Virus record (IMG/VR): IMGVR_UViG_2541047834_000001
Length of the DNA: 37,741 nucleotides
Strand: one strand, 5' to 3'
Origin: a virus
Lineage: Duplodnaviria > Heunggongvirae > Uroviricota > Caudoviricetes
The notes under the pieces are model-generated. The model searched no databases and had not been told where the DNA came from. It was given only the letters and a program-made list of their open reading frames with translations. Both the position numbers and the translations under genes were made by a program. Position 1 is the first letter of the stretch. Every line of letters begins with the position of its first letter. Below, piece by piece: positions 16,405 through 25,370 of this stretch.

Positions 16405-18084
16405 ATGGCGGAAACAACTAAAGAGCGATTGAACAAACAGTTCGCACAACTTGAAAGCGAGCGTCAGTCGTTCGAGCCGCACTGGCGCGAGTTGAGTGAT
16501 TACATCAACCCGCGTGGTTCCCGCTTTCTGACTTCTGAGGTCAACCGTAACGATCGACGGAATACACGCATTATTGATTCGACCGGGACTATGGCGGCGC
16601 GCACTCTCGCCAGCGGCATGATGTCAGGCATCACAAGCCCCGCGCGTCCGTGGTTTCGCCTGGCTACGCCAGATCCTGAAATGATGGATTATGGCCCTGT
16701 TAAGTTGTGGCTTGAGGCGGTGCAGAACCGCATGAACGATATGTTCAATAAGTCGAATCTCTATCAGTCGCTGCCGCAGTTATACGGAAGCCTCGGCACA
16801 TACAGCACTGGTGCAATGGCGGTGCTGGAGGATGACGAGGACATCATTCGCACAATGCCATTCCCTATAGGCAGTTACTACCTGGCTAACTCACCTCGTG
16901 GCAGTGTGGACACCTGTTTTCGCAAGTTCTCTATGACTGTTCGTCAGCTTGTTCAGGAGTTCGGGCTAAATAACGTCAGCGAATCCGTAAAAAGCATGTG
17001 GGAAAGCGGCACCTACGAGAAGTGGATTGAAGTGATGCATTCGGTTTACCCGAACATTGACCGCGATACATCGAAGCTGGATAGCAAGAACAAGCCATTC
17101 AAATCGGTTTATTACGAGGTTGGTGGCGATAACGACAAGTTGTTGCGTGAGTCCGGATTCGATGAGTTTCCAATTATGGCTCCGCGCTGGGAAGTTAACG
17201 GCGAAGATGTTTATGGATCATCATGCCCTGGTATGCTGGCGCTTGGACCTGTTAAGGCATTGCAGCTTCTCCAGAAGCGCAAGTCGCAGTTGATTGATAA
17301 AGCCACCAATCCGCCGATGGTTGCTCCGACTTCCCTCAAGAATCAGCGCGCCTCCCTTCTTCCTGGCGACATCACGTATATCGATCAGATTACTGGTCAG
17401 GATGGTTTCAGGCCTGCTTATCTGGTTAACCCCAGTACAGCAGATCTGGTAGCAGACATTCAGGACACCCGCCAAATCATTAACAGCGCCTACTTTGTCG
17501 ATCTGTTCATGATGTTGCAGAACATCAATACCCGCTCGATGCCTGTTGAAGCAGTGATCGAAATGAAAGAAGAAAAGCTTCTGATGTTGGGGCCAGTTCT
17601 GGAGCGTCTGAACGACGAATGTCTTAATCCTCTCATTGACCGCACTTTCTCGATGATGGTGCGTAAAAACATGTTGCCGCCACCGCCTGACGCGATGGAA
17701 GGCATGCCCCTGAAGGTCGAATACATTTCCGTCATGGCTCAGGCGCAGAAGTCTATCGGCCTGTCCAGTCTGGCGTCCACGGTTAACTTCATTGGTCAAC
17801 TTGCGCAAGCGAAACCAGAAGCTCTCGACAAACTCAACGTTGATCAGGCGATCGATGCATTCGCTGATATGTCCGGAGTGTCTCCAACCGTCATTGTTCC
17901 GCAGGAACAGGTTGAGCAGGCTCGCCAGCAACGGGCACAGCAACAACAGCAGCAACAAATGATGGCGATGGGGATGGCGGCGGCACAGGGTGCCAAGACG
18001 CTAAGCGAAGCTAAAACTTCGGAGCCGAGTGTTTTGTCAGCTATGGCGAATGCAGTTAGTGGTCAGGGTGGGCAATCACAATGA
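16405..18084 (+). CDS. Portal (head-tail connector) protein, T7 gp8-like
   Basis: 559 aa; Gln/Ala/Met-rich C-terminus (RQQRAQQQQQQQMMAMGMAAAQGA) like T7-type portals; downstream of terminase. Confidence 0.8.
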   Translation: MAETTKERLNKQFAQLESERQSFEPHWRELSDYINPRGSRFLTSEVNRNDRRNTRIIDSTGTMAARTLASGMMSGITSPARPWFRLATPDPEMMDYGPVKLWLEAVQNRMNDMFNKSNLYQSLPQLYGSLGTYSTGAMAVLEDDEDIIRTMPFPIGSYYLANSPRGSVDTCFRKFSMTVRQLVQEFGLNNVSESVKSMWESGTYEKWIEVMHSVYPNIDRDTSKLDSKNKPFKSVYYEVGGDNDKLLRESGFDEFPIMAPRWEVNGEDVYGSSCPGMLALGPVKALQLLQKRKSQLIDKATNPPMVAPTSLKNQRASLLPGDITYIDQITGQDGFRPAYLVNPSTADLVADIQDTRQIINSAYFVDLFMMLQNINTRSMPVEAVIEMKEEKLLMLGPVLERLNDECLNPLIDRTFSMMVRKNMLPPPPDAMEGMPLKVEYISVMAQAQKSIGLSSLASTVNFIGQLAQAKPEALDKLNVDQAIDAFADMSGVSPTVIVPQEQVEQARQQRAQQQQQQQMMAMGMAAAQGAKTLSEAKTSEPSVLSAMANAVSGQGGQSQ

Positions 18085-18377
18085 CAGATTACGAAGATGA
18101 TCAACTGAAAGAAGAAAACGCCCGTAAGCAATGTGACATGGCACAGCGTGAAATTGATGACATTCGCTTTGTCATGAGCAGTGAACAGGGGCGTCGCGTT
18201 GTCTGGTCGGTGCTGGAGAAAGGCCGTGTGTTTTCCGCTATCTCACCGATGGACGCTATGGCAATGGCATTTAATGAGGGGCAACGCAATCTGGCGCTGG
18301 AACTGTTTCAGCGCGTTATGGCGCATTGCCCTGAACAGTATTTGAAGATGGCCAAAGAGGCCAGTGAACAGGAGTGA
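18081..18377 (+). CDS. Hypothetical protein (98 aa)
   Basis: ATGA-coupled to portal stop. Confidence 0.5.
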   Translation: MTDYEDDQLKEENARKQCDMAQREIDDIRFVMSSEQGRRVVWSVLEKGRVFSAISPMDAMAMAFNEGQRNLALELFQRVMAHCPEQYLKMAKEASEQE

Positions 18378-18379
18378 TC

Positions 18380-19075
18380 ATGAATTTATTTGAGCGTTTG
18401 CTGTATCGCCGTCTTTGCAATGAGCAACCAGTCGATGGTGGAGCAGCTCCGGCTGCGTCAGAACCGTCAGCGCCTGCAGGTGATAACCCTGCTCCAGTTG
18501 GTGATCCATCACAACCGGAAGGTGATAAGCCACAACCTGTTGCTGATGGCGATAAACCTGCTGATGACAAAAAGCCTGAAAACGATAAGCAGGATGAAAA
18601 AAAGGGCGGCGATAAACCAGAGGGTGCGCCTGAGAAGTACGAGTTTCAGGCTGCCGAAGGCGTAGAGCTGGATACAGAAGCGTTGAAGGAATTCGAGCCG
18701 GTGGCGCGAGAACTAAACCTGACCAACGAGCAAGCGCAAAAGCTGGTTGATGCTTATCCGAAGATTCTGGCAGGTGTTCAGCAGCGCCAGGCAGAAGCCT
18801 GGCAGAAAACAACCGAGCAGTGGGCTGCGGATGTAAAAGCTGACAAAGAAATCGGTGGCGACAAGTTGATTTCTAACCTTAGCGCCGCACAGCGTGCGCT
18901 TGACCAGTTCGGGACACCTGAACTCAAAGAATATCTGAACACCACCGGACTGGGTAATCACCCTGATCTGGTCAAAACGTTCGTGAAAATCGGAAAGGCG
19001 ATGTCTGAAGATGGCATGGTCACCGGTGGTAATGAAGGCCAGCGTAGTGCGGCCGAAGTGCTCTATGGCAAATAA
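18380..19075 (+). CDS. Scaffolding protein (acidic, low-complexity)
   Basis: Pro/Asp/Lys/Glu-rich N-terminal half, helical C-terminal half; located between portal and capsid genes; ATG at 18380 with AGGAG RBS. Confidence 0.6.
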   Translation: MNLFERLLYRRLCNEQPVDGGAAPAASEPSAPAGDNPAPVGDPSQPEGDKPQPVADGDKPADDKKPENDKQDEKKGGDKPEGAPEKYEFQAAEGVELDTEALKEFEPVARELNLTNEQAQKLVDAYPKILAGVQQRQAEAWQKTTEQWAADVKADKEIGGDKLISNLSAAQRALDQFGTPELKEYLNTTGLGNHPDLVKTFVKIGKAMSEDGMVTGGNEGQRSAAEVLYGK

Positions 19076-19083
19076 GAGAGGAA

Positions 19084-20076
19084 ATGACAATGGCTGTTAA
19101 AGGCTTAACTGCGCTAACGCTGGCTGACTGGGGTAAGCGCGTCGATCCAAATGGGAAAGTCGATAAGATTATCGAGCTTCTCAATCAAACTAACCCAATT
19201 CTTCAGGATATGCCTTTTGTTGAAGGAAACCTTCCTACCGGACACCGAACCACCATTCGTTCTGGTTTACCTTCTGCTACCTGGCGTTTGCTGAACTATG
19301 GCGTACAGCCAAGCAAATCAACCACGGTGCAGGTCACCGATTCCGTTGGCATGCTGGAAACCTATGCTGAAGTCGATAAGTCACTGGCTGATCTGAACGG
19401 CAATACCGCCGAATTCCGCCTGTCTGAAGACCGCGCATTTATTGAAGCGATGAATCAGCAGATGGCGCAGACGCTGTTTTATGGTGATTCCAGCGTTAAC
19501 CCTCAGCAGTTTATGGGACTGTCCTCCCGCTATTCCAGCCTGTCTGCGGGTAATGCTCAGAACATCATTGATGCTGGTGGCACGGGTACAGATAACACCT
19601 CAATCTGGTTAGTGGTGTGGGGCGAAAACACCGTGCATGGCATCTTCCCGAAAGGGCAGAAGGCTGGCATCCAGATGGAAGATAAAGGCCAGGTGACACT
19701 GGAAGATGCTAATGGCGGCAAGTACGAAGGCTATCGCACCCATTACAAATGGGATAACGGACTTGCTCTGCGTGACTGGCGTTATGTTGTTCGCATTGCA
19801 AACATCGATGTCAGCAATCTTTCAGAACCTTCCTCTGCCGCAAATATTGCGAAGTTGATGGTTAAAGCACTGCATCGCATTCCGAACCGTGGCATGGGGC
19901 GCCCGGTGTTCTACATGAACCGCACTGTAGGCCAGGCTCTTGATTTGCAGTCTCTGGAGAAAACATCTCTGGCGATCAGCGTAAAAGAGACTGAAGGCGA
20001 GTGGTGGACGTCATTCCGTGGTGTACCAATCCGTGAAACTGATGCGCTTCTGGAAACAGAAGCCCGCGTGGTGTAA
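19084..20076 (+). CDS. Major capsid protein
   Basis: 330 aa immediately after scaffold gene, followed downstream by a strong terminator; AGAGAGGA RBS. Confidence 0.75.
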   Translation: MTMAVKGLTALTLADWGKRVDPNGKVDKIIELLNQTNPILQDMPFVEGNLPTGHRTTIRSGLPSATWRLLNYGVQPSKSTTVQVTDSVGMLETYAEVDKSLADLNGNTAEFRLSEDRAFIEAMNQQMAQTLFYGDSSVNPQQFMGLSSRYSSLSAGNAQNIIDAGGTGTDNTSIWLVVWGENTVHGIFPKGQKAGIQMEDKGQVTLEDANGGKYEGYRTHYKWDNGLALRDWRYVVRIANIDVSNLSEPSSAANIAKLMVKALHRIPNRGMGRPVFYMNRTVGQALDLQSLEKTSLAISVKETEGEWWTSFRGVPIRETDALLETEARVV

Positions 20077-20127
20077 CGCCTGTTATTAACCTGTGGGTCG
20101 TAACAGACCCACTAATGGAGAAAGAAG

Positions 20128-20565
20128 ATGATCACCGACAAACTGTTGATGTTCTCCGAAGCACAGGCGGTAACTGATACCGCGGCTTCTACTGACGTAA
20201 TCGATCTCGGTCCAATTGACGGAAAACGTCGTGATATCGGCGTGGGTTACCCGCTTGAGTTTTGGGCGCTGGTTAACACAGCCGCCGCAGCAAGCGGTGA
20301 TGCAACTGTAAACATCCAGTTGCAGACGAGTGAGGATAACAGCTCATGGACCACTATTTATGATAGTGGTGCACTGGCAAAGACCACCCTGACAGCAGGT
20401 AAACGAGTTGTTTCTGCAAAGGTGCCTGCCGGTGTTCAGCGATATCTGCGTGTTAACTACTCCGTCGCAACTGGCCCACTAACGGCTGGCGAATTCACTG
20501 CTGGTATCAGTCTTGATGTTGATGCCAATACGCCGTATCCGATCCGCTCAAAAGTAACTGGTTAA
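20128..20565 (+). CDS. Hypothetical structural protein (145 aa), possible capsid decoration protein
   Basis: GGAGA RBS; Thr/Ala/Gly-rich beta-type composition. Confidence 0.55.
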   Translation: MITDKLLMFSEAQAVTDTAASTDVIDLGPIDGKRRDIGVGYPLEFWALVNTAAAASGDATVNIQLQTSEDNSSWTTIYDSGALAKTTLTAGKRVVSAKVPAGVQRYLRVNYSVATGPLTAGEFTAGISLDVDANTPYPIRSKVTG

Positions 20566-20566
20566 G

Positions 20567-20911
20567 GTGATATCGATGTCAGGTGAGAAACCAAGATACC
20601 GCGTTCTGCGCCTCTCTCATATCCATAACACTCTGTGGCCGGAGGGGGCAGAAATCGAATACGAAGGTGAGCCTGGTAGCGCACTGGAACCTGTTAACGA
20701 TGCAGCCAGACAGGCAAAAGCAAAGGTAGCAGGAAAGGTGACTATGGCAGCAACCAGCACCAAAATCATCAACGATGTGTCAGATGATGGTGAACTGGAT
20801 AAGCTCCGTGAAGAGTACGAATTGCTCTTTAACGAGAAGCCACACCATAACGCCAAAGCCGAAACGCTCCGCGAGAAGATCGCAGATAAGCGTAAAGAAC
20901 TGGGCGTGTAA
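20567..20911 (+). CDS. Hypothetical protein (about 111 aa)
   Basis: Likely ATG at 20576 with AAGGTG RBS; ORF track starts at GTG 20567. Confidence 0.5.
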   Translation: MISMSGEKPRYRVLRLSHIHNTLWPEGAEIEYEGEPGSALEPVNDAARQAKAKVAGKVTMAATSTKIINDVSDDGELDKLREEYELLFNEKPHHNAKAETLREKIADKRKELGV

Positions 20912-20928
20912 GCCTCGCGAATCAGACA

Positions 20929-20949
20929 AGGGGCTTCGGCCCCTTTATT
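20929..20949 (+). terminator. Rho-independent terminator (AGGGGC-TTCG-GCCCCT + TTTATT)
   Basis: GC-rich stem with stable TTCG tetraloop followed by a T-rich tract. Confidence 0.7.
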
Positions 20950-20961
20950 GCAGGAGTGTAT

Positions 20962-21285
20962 ATGGAACTCGTAAACCTCAAAACCGGCACTGACAGCTAC
21001 CAGGATGAGAGCGGAGAAACCAGAACTCGCGATGAATACCCGTGGGGGCTGTGCATCACTCTTAATAACGACACATTGAATAAGCTGAAGGCACAACCTC
21101 AGGGCGTCGGAACAGAAGTGATGATAACTGCAAAGGCTGTTATTCGAGGCCTGTCTGCCAGAGAAACTGACGATGGTGTTAATCGCAGCGCCGATCTGCA
21201 GATCACTGATATGGCGATCGCTCCTGTTTCCGGGGATGTAGAAAAATCAGCGGCTGAAACTCTGTACGGTAACGGAGGTGAGTGA
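20962..21285 (+). CDS. Hypothetical protein (107 aa)
   Basis: ATG at 20962 with CAGGAG RBS. Confidence 0.5.
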   Translation: MELVNLKTGTDSYQDESGETRTRDEYPWGLCITLNNDTLNKLKAQPQGVGTEVMITAKAVIRGLSARETDDGVNRSADLQITDMAIAPVSGDVEKSAAETLYGNGGE

Positions 21286-21890
21286 TGGCCTCTGTAGTAG
21301 AGATCTGTAATCGTGCGCTGTCCAATATTGGCAATAGCCGCAGCATTAACAGCCTGACGGAAGCCAGCAAGGAAGCGGGGGAATGTTCGCTGCACTTTGA
21401 GGCCTGCCGTGATGCTGTGCTTTCTGATTTTGACTGGAACTTTGCTACCAAACGCGTGGCGCTTGCAGATACGAGCAATCCACCGCCTGACTGGGAATAT
21501 GCGTACCAGTACCCGTCCGATTGTCTGCGCATTACTGAAATTATGCTTCCTGGTGTACGCAATCCAACAGCAGCAATGCGCGTTCAGTACGAAGTTGGTG
21601 CAGACACCAACGGAACAGGAAAATTGATCTACACAGACCAGCCGCAGGCATGGCTCAAGTATGTCTCTCGCGTTTCAGATGTAAACATGTTTGATGCCAT
21701 TTTTATGGAGGCGTTGGCCTGGCGTCTTGCGGCAGCCATTAACATGGCGCTGACTGGGAATGCAGACCTCGGTACGTTTGCCCTCAATATGTACAATCGC
21801 GTGATTCTTAGTGCTGGCTCGCATAGCCAGAATGAATCACAGGAACCACAGCCACCGGTTGACGAGTTTACCATTGCGAGGTTGTCCTGA
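21285..21890 (+). CDS. Tail tubular protein A / adaptor-like (T7 gp11 position)
   Basis: About 201 aa, coupled to the 823-aa gene; size and order match gp11-gp12. Confidence 0.5.
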   Translation: MASVVEICNRALSNIGNSRSINSLTEASKEAGECSLHFEACRDAVLSDFDWNFATKRVALADTSNPPPDWEYAYQYPSDCLRITEIMLPGVRNPTAAMRVQYEVGADTNGTGKLIYTDQPQAWLKYVSRVSDVNMFDAIFMEALAWRLAAAINMALTGNADLGTFALNMYNRVILSAGSHSQNESQEPQPPVDEFTIARLS

Positions 21891-24361
21891 TGGCTATCAG
21901 TTGGATCCAGCCCAGCTTTGCCGGTGGTGAGATTGGACCGTCGTTGTACGGTCGTATCGACATGGCGAAGTACCAGGTGGCATTGCGCAAGTGCGATAAC
22001 TTTATCGTGCGGCAGTATGGCGGCGTTGAGAATCGACCTGGTACGCGTTTTGTCGGTGCCGCCAAATACCCAAATCGGAAATGCCGCCTGATACCGTTCC
22101 AGTTCTCGACGGTTCAGACTTATGCTCTGGAGTTCGGACACCAGTACATGCGCGTTATCAAAGATGGTGCGTTGGTGCTGAACAGCAGCAATGTTATTTA
22201 TGAAATTGCCACGCCATATACTGAAGCCGATCTGTTCCGAATTAAATTCACGCAAAGCGCAGACGTGCTTACGCTTGTTCATCCGGCATACCCGCCGAAA
22301 GAGTTGCGTCGCTATGCGCATGACAACTGGCAACTGGTTGATGTGGTAACGAAGAACGGGCCATTTGAAGATATCAATATTGACGAGTCAGTGACGGTTT
22401 ATGCCAGCGCCAGCACCGGGACAATTACGTTAACGGCAAGCGCCTCTATTTTTGGCGCGGAGCAGGTAGGCAAATTGTTCTATCTGGAACAGCCTGCAGT
22501 GGATTCAGTGCCGGTATGGGAAACCAGTAAGAGTACGTCGATTGGCGATATTCGCCGTGCAGACAGTAACTACTATCGCGCCGTTACAGCAGGCAAAACA
22601 GGCACTTTGCGCCCTTCGCATACAGAAGGCACATCATGGGATGGCTGGGGTGGATCGGGTGATGATGATACTGGCATTGAGTGGGAATATCTGCACAGTG
22701 GTTTTGGCATTGCCCGTATCACTGCTGCAAATGGAACTACTGCAACTGCCGAGGTGATTTCCTATATCCCTTCGCAGGTAGTTGGCGAGGATAATGCCAG
22801 CTATAAATGGGCTAAATATGCCTGGAACAGTGTTAATGGTTATCCTGGCACTGTTGTTTATTATCAACAACGTCTTTACTTCGCCGCATCGACTGCGTTC
22901 CCTCAGACTATCTGGGCCAGCCGTACTGGGGATTATAAGGATTTTGGCAAAAGCAATCCTACGCAGGATGACGACAGAATTATCTACACCTATGCCGGGC
23001 GTCAGGTTAATGAGATCCGTCACCTGATTGATGTTGGTTCGCTGGTGGCGCTGACTTCCGGAGGTGAGTACGTCATCACCGGCGACCAGAACAAAGTGTT
23101 AACCCCATCATCATTTGCATTCAGCTCTCAGGGATCAAATGGCTCGAGCAACGTCCCACCAATTGCTGTGGCGAATATTGCTCTGTTCGTCCAGGAGAAA
23201 GGCAGTGTTGTCCGTGATCTGGCCTACTCATTCGATGTTGACGGCTATCAGGGGAACGACCTGACCATCCTTGCCAATCATCTTTTTCAGAAGCACAGCA
23301 TTGTTGACTGGTGCTTCTCTATTGTCCCTTACTCCAGCGCCTTCTGCATTCGTGATGACGGTAAATTACTGGTGATGACCTATTTGCGTGATCAGCAGGT
23401 TTTTGCATGGGCACCACAATCCAGTACCGGAAAATATGAAAGCACATGCAGTATCAGCGAAGGAAATGAAGATGCGGTGTATTTCGTCGTTAACCGAACC
23501 GTTAACGGGCAAACAGTGAGATACATCGAGCGACTGTCCAGCCGTTTATTTACCAGCGATGAAGATGCTTTCTTTGTTGATTCTGGCCTTAGCTATGATG
23601 GAAGAAATACGTCTGACAGAACGATGACCATCACTGGTGGTTCTGGCGAATGGGATTACCACGCGGAATATACAATCAGTATTTCTGGCGGTGCGTACTT
23701 CACCAGTAGTGATGTCGGTGCGCAACTACAGTTCCCTTATACCGGAACTGTTCCTGATACTGGCGATGAAGTGTCAAAAGAATTACGTTGCGACATTATT
23801 TCTGTAACCAGCAACACCGCTGTAGTGGTTCGTGCTAACAGGAACGTCCCGCCATCCCTCAGGAATGTGGCCACCACGAACTGGCAGATGGCGCGCCGGG
23901 CATTTGGCGGCTTGTCTCATCTTGAAGGTCAGACCGTAAACATCCTCTCTGATGCGAACGTGGAACCACAGAAAGTGGTTTCCGGAGGTGCCGTCACGCT
24001 GGAATCTCCGGGGGCTGTAGTGCACATCGGCCTGCCAATAACTGCTGAATTCGAAACACTGGATATCAACATTAACGGACAGGAAACGCTGCTGGACAAA
24101 AAACAGGTGATCCCGTCCGTTACTCTGGTTGTGAATGCCAGTCGCGGCATCTGGGCGACTACGCCCGGCGGTAAATGGTACGAATATCCACAGCGTGAAT
24201 TCGAGTTCTACGATGATCCTGTTGATGATGCTACCGGAAAAGTAGAAGTGAAACTGGACAGTAACTGGGGCAAAAACGGGCGTGTAAAAATCCGTCAGCT
24301 TGACCCGTTGCCGCTGTCTGTTCTTGCCGTTATTCCTCGCCTTACTGTTGGGGGATTCTGA
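21890..24361 (+). CDS. Tail tubular protein B / nozzle-like (T7 gp12 position)
   Basis: 823 aa; size and synteny. Confidence 0.6.
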   Translation: MAISWIQPSFAGGEIGPSLYGRIDMAKYQVALRKCDNFIVRQYGGVENRPGTRFVGAAKYPNRKCRLIPFQFSTVQTYALEFGHQYMRVIKDGALVLNSSNVIYEIATPYTEADLFRIKFTQSADVLTLVHPAYPPKELRRYAHDNWQLVDVVTKNGPFEDINIDESVTVYASASTGTITLTASASIFGAEQVGKLFYLEQPAVDSVPVWETSKSTSIGDIRRADSNYYRAVTAGKTGTLRPSHTEGTSWDGWGGSGDDDTGIEWEYLHSGFGIARITAANGTTATAEVISYIPSQVVGEDNASYKWAKYAWNSVNGYPGTVVYYQQRLYFAASTAFPQTIWASRTGDYKDFGKSNPTQDDDRIIYTYAGRQVNEIRHLIDVGSLVALTSGGEYVITGDQNKVLTPSSFAFSSQGSNGSSNVPPIAVANIALFVQEKGSVVRDLAYSFDVDGYQGNDLTILANHLFQKHSIVDWCFSIVPYSSAFCIRDDGKLLVMTYLRDQQVFAWAPQSSTGKYESTCSISEGNEDAVYFVVNRTVNGQTVRYIERLSSRLFTSDEDAFFVDSGLSYDGRNTSDRTMTITGGSGEWDYHAEYTISISGGAYFTSSDVGAQLQFPYTGTVPDTGDEVSKELRCDIISVTSNTAVVVRANRNVPPSLRNVATTNWQMARRAFGGLSHLEGQTVNILSDANVEPQKVVSGGAVTLESPGAVVHIGLPITAEFETLDININGQETLLDKKQVIPSVTLVVNASRGIWATTPGGKWYEYPQREFEFYDDPVDDATGKVEVKLDSNWGKNGRVKIRQLDPLPLSVLAVIPRLTVGGF

Positions 24362-24825
24362 TGATTGATGTTCAAATTATTCCCGCTACCGAAGAGCATC
24401 TTCAGATGATTTTGCCGGATGTTCGTCAGGCTGATATTGACGAACTGTATGCGGTATCGCTGATGACTACCGAAGATGCGCTGCGCGTTGGTCTTCGCAC
24501 TGCGACTATGGCCTGGTCAGGGTTCGCGAACGGAGAACTGGTAACCATGTTTGGTGTATCTCCGGCGTCAATGATCGGTGGCAATGGTACGCCCTGGCTG
24601 GTAGGAACCAGCCGTATTGAAAAATATCAGAAGACATTTCTGCGCCACTGCCGCCCTGTATTGCAGCAGATGCTGGCAGTTTATCCGCGCCTGGAAAACT
24701 ACGTCGACGAGCGAAACCATGTTGCCAAAGCATGGCTGCACTGGCTTGGATTCAGGCTTGAAGAAGCCGCGCCTTATGGTGCTCTTGGTCTTAATTTCCA
24801 CAGATTTCACATGGAGAGAAAATAA
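24361..24825 (+). CDS. Internal virion protein A-like (gp13 position), hypothetical
   Basis: 154 aa; ATGA-coupled. Confidence 0.5.
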   Translation: MIDVQIIPATEEHLQMILPDVRQADIDELYAVSLMTTEDALRVGLRTATMAWSGFANGELVTMFGVSPASMIGGNGTPWLVGTSRIEKYQKTFLRHCRPVLQQMLAVYPRLENYVDERNHVAKAWLHWLGFRLEEAAPYGALGLNFHRFHMERK

Positions 24826-25370
24826 TGTGCGATCCGGTTATTGCTGGTGGCGCAATGCTCGCCATGAGTGGCATTCAGGCATACACCCAGTACCAACAGG
24901 GAAAGTATGCCTCGAAGGTTGCAGAAGCGAACGCAGATATAGCCACAGCTCAGGCAAATGATGCAATAAACAGAGGTAACGCTGAAGCTGAGCAACGACG
25001 CAGAGAGACCCGACAGCGGCTTGGTACACAGGCGGCGACAATGGGGGCTACCGGCGCTGATTTATCTACAGGTAACGCGCTGGATATATTTGGCGACACT
25101 GCCCAGTTTGGCGCTCTTGATTCGCTGACGACGGTGAATAACGCGCAACGCGAGGCTTACGGTTATCAGGTTCAGGCTGCCAACTATAAAGCAGAAGCCA
25201 GTTCAGCCCGTAAACAGGGGAATGTGGGAGCAGCAACAACATTGCTCACTGCGCCTCTGAAGGCATACGGTGCGTACCAGATGTTTGGTGGGACGTGGAG
25301 TCCGTTTACTCAAAGCACCCCTGCGCCAATCGGGGCAGCAGCAGGAACCAGATTACCCGGAGGATTATAA
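24825..25370 (+). CDS. Internal virion protein B-like (gp14 position), hypothetical
   Basis: 181 aa; Ala/Gln-rich. Confidence 0.5.
   Translation: MCDPVIAGGAMLAMSGIQAYTQYQQGKYASKVAEANADIATAQANDAINRGNAEAEQRRRETRQRLGTQAATMGATGADLSTGNALDIFGDTAQFGALDSLTTVNNAQREAYGYQVQAANYKAEASSARKQGNVGAATTLLTAPLKAYGAYQMFGGTWSPFTQSTPAPIGAAAGTRLPGGL

Noticed and set aside
17221-17958. Minus-strand ORF (245 aa) inside the portal gene
   Set aside because: Antisense shadow ORF of the portal gene with low-complexity, Leu/Arg-rich composition.
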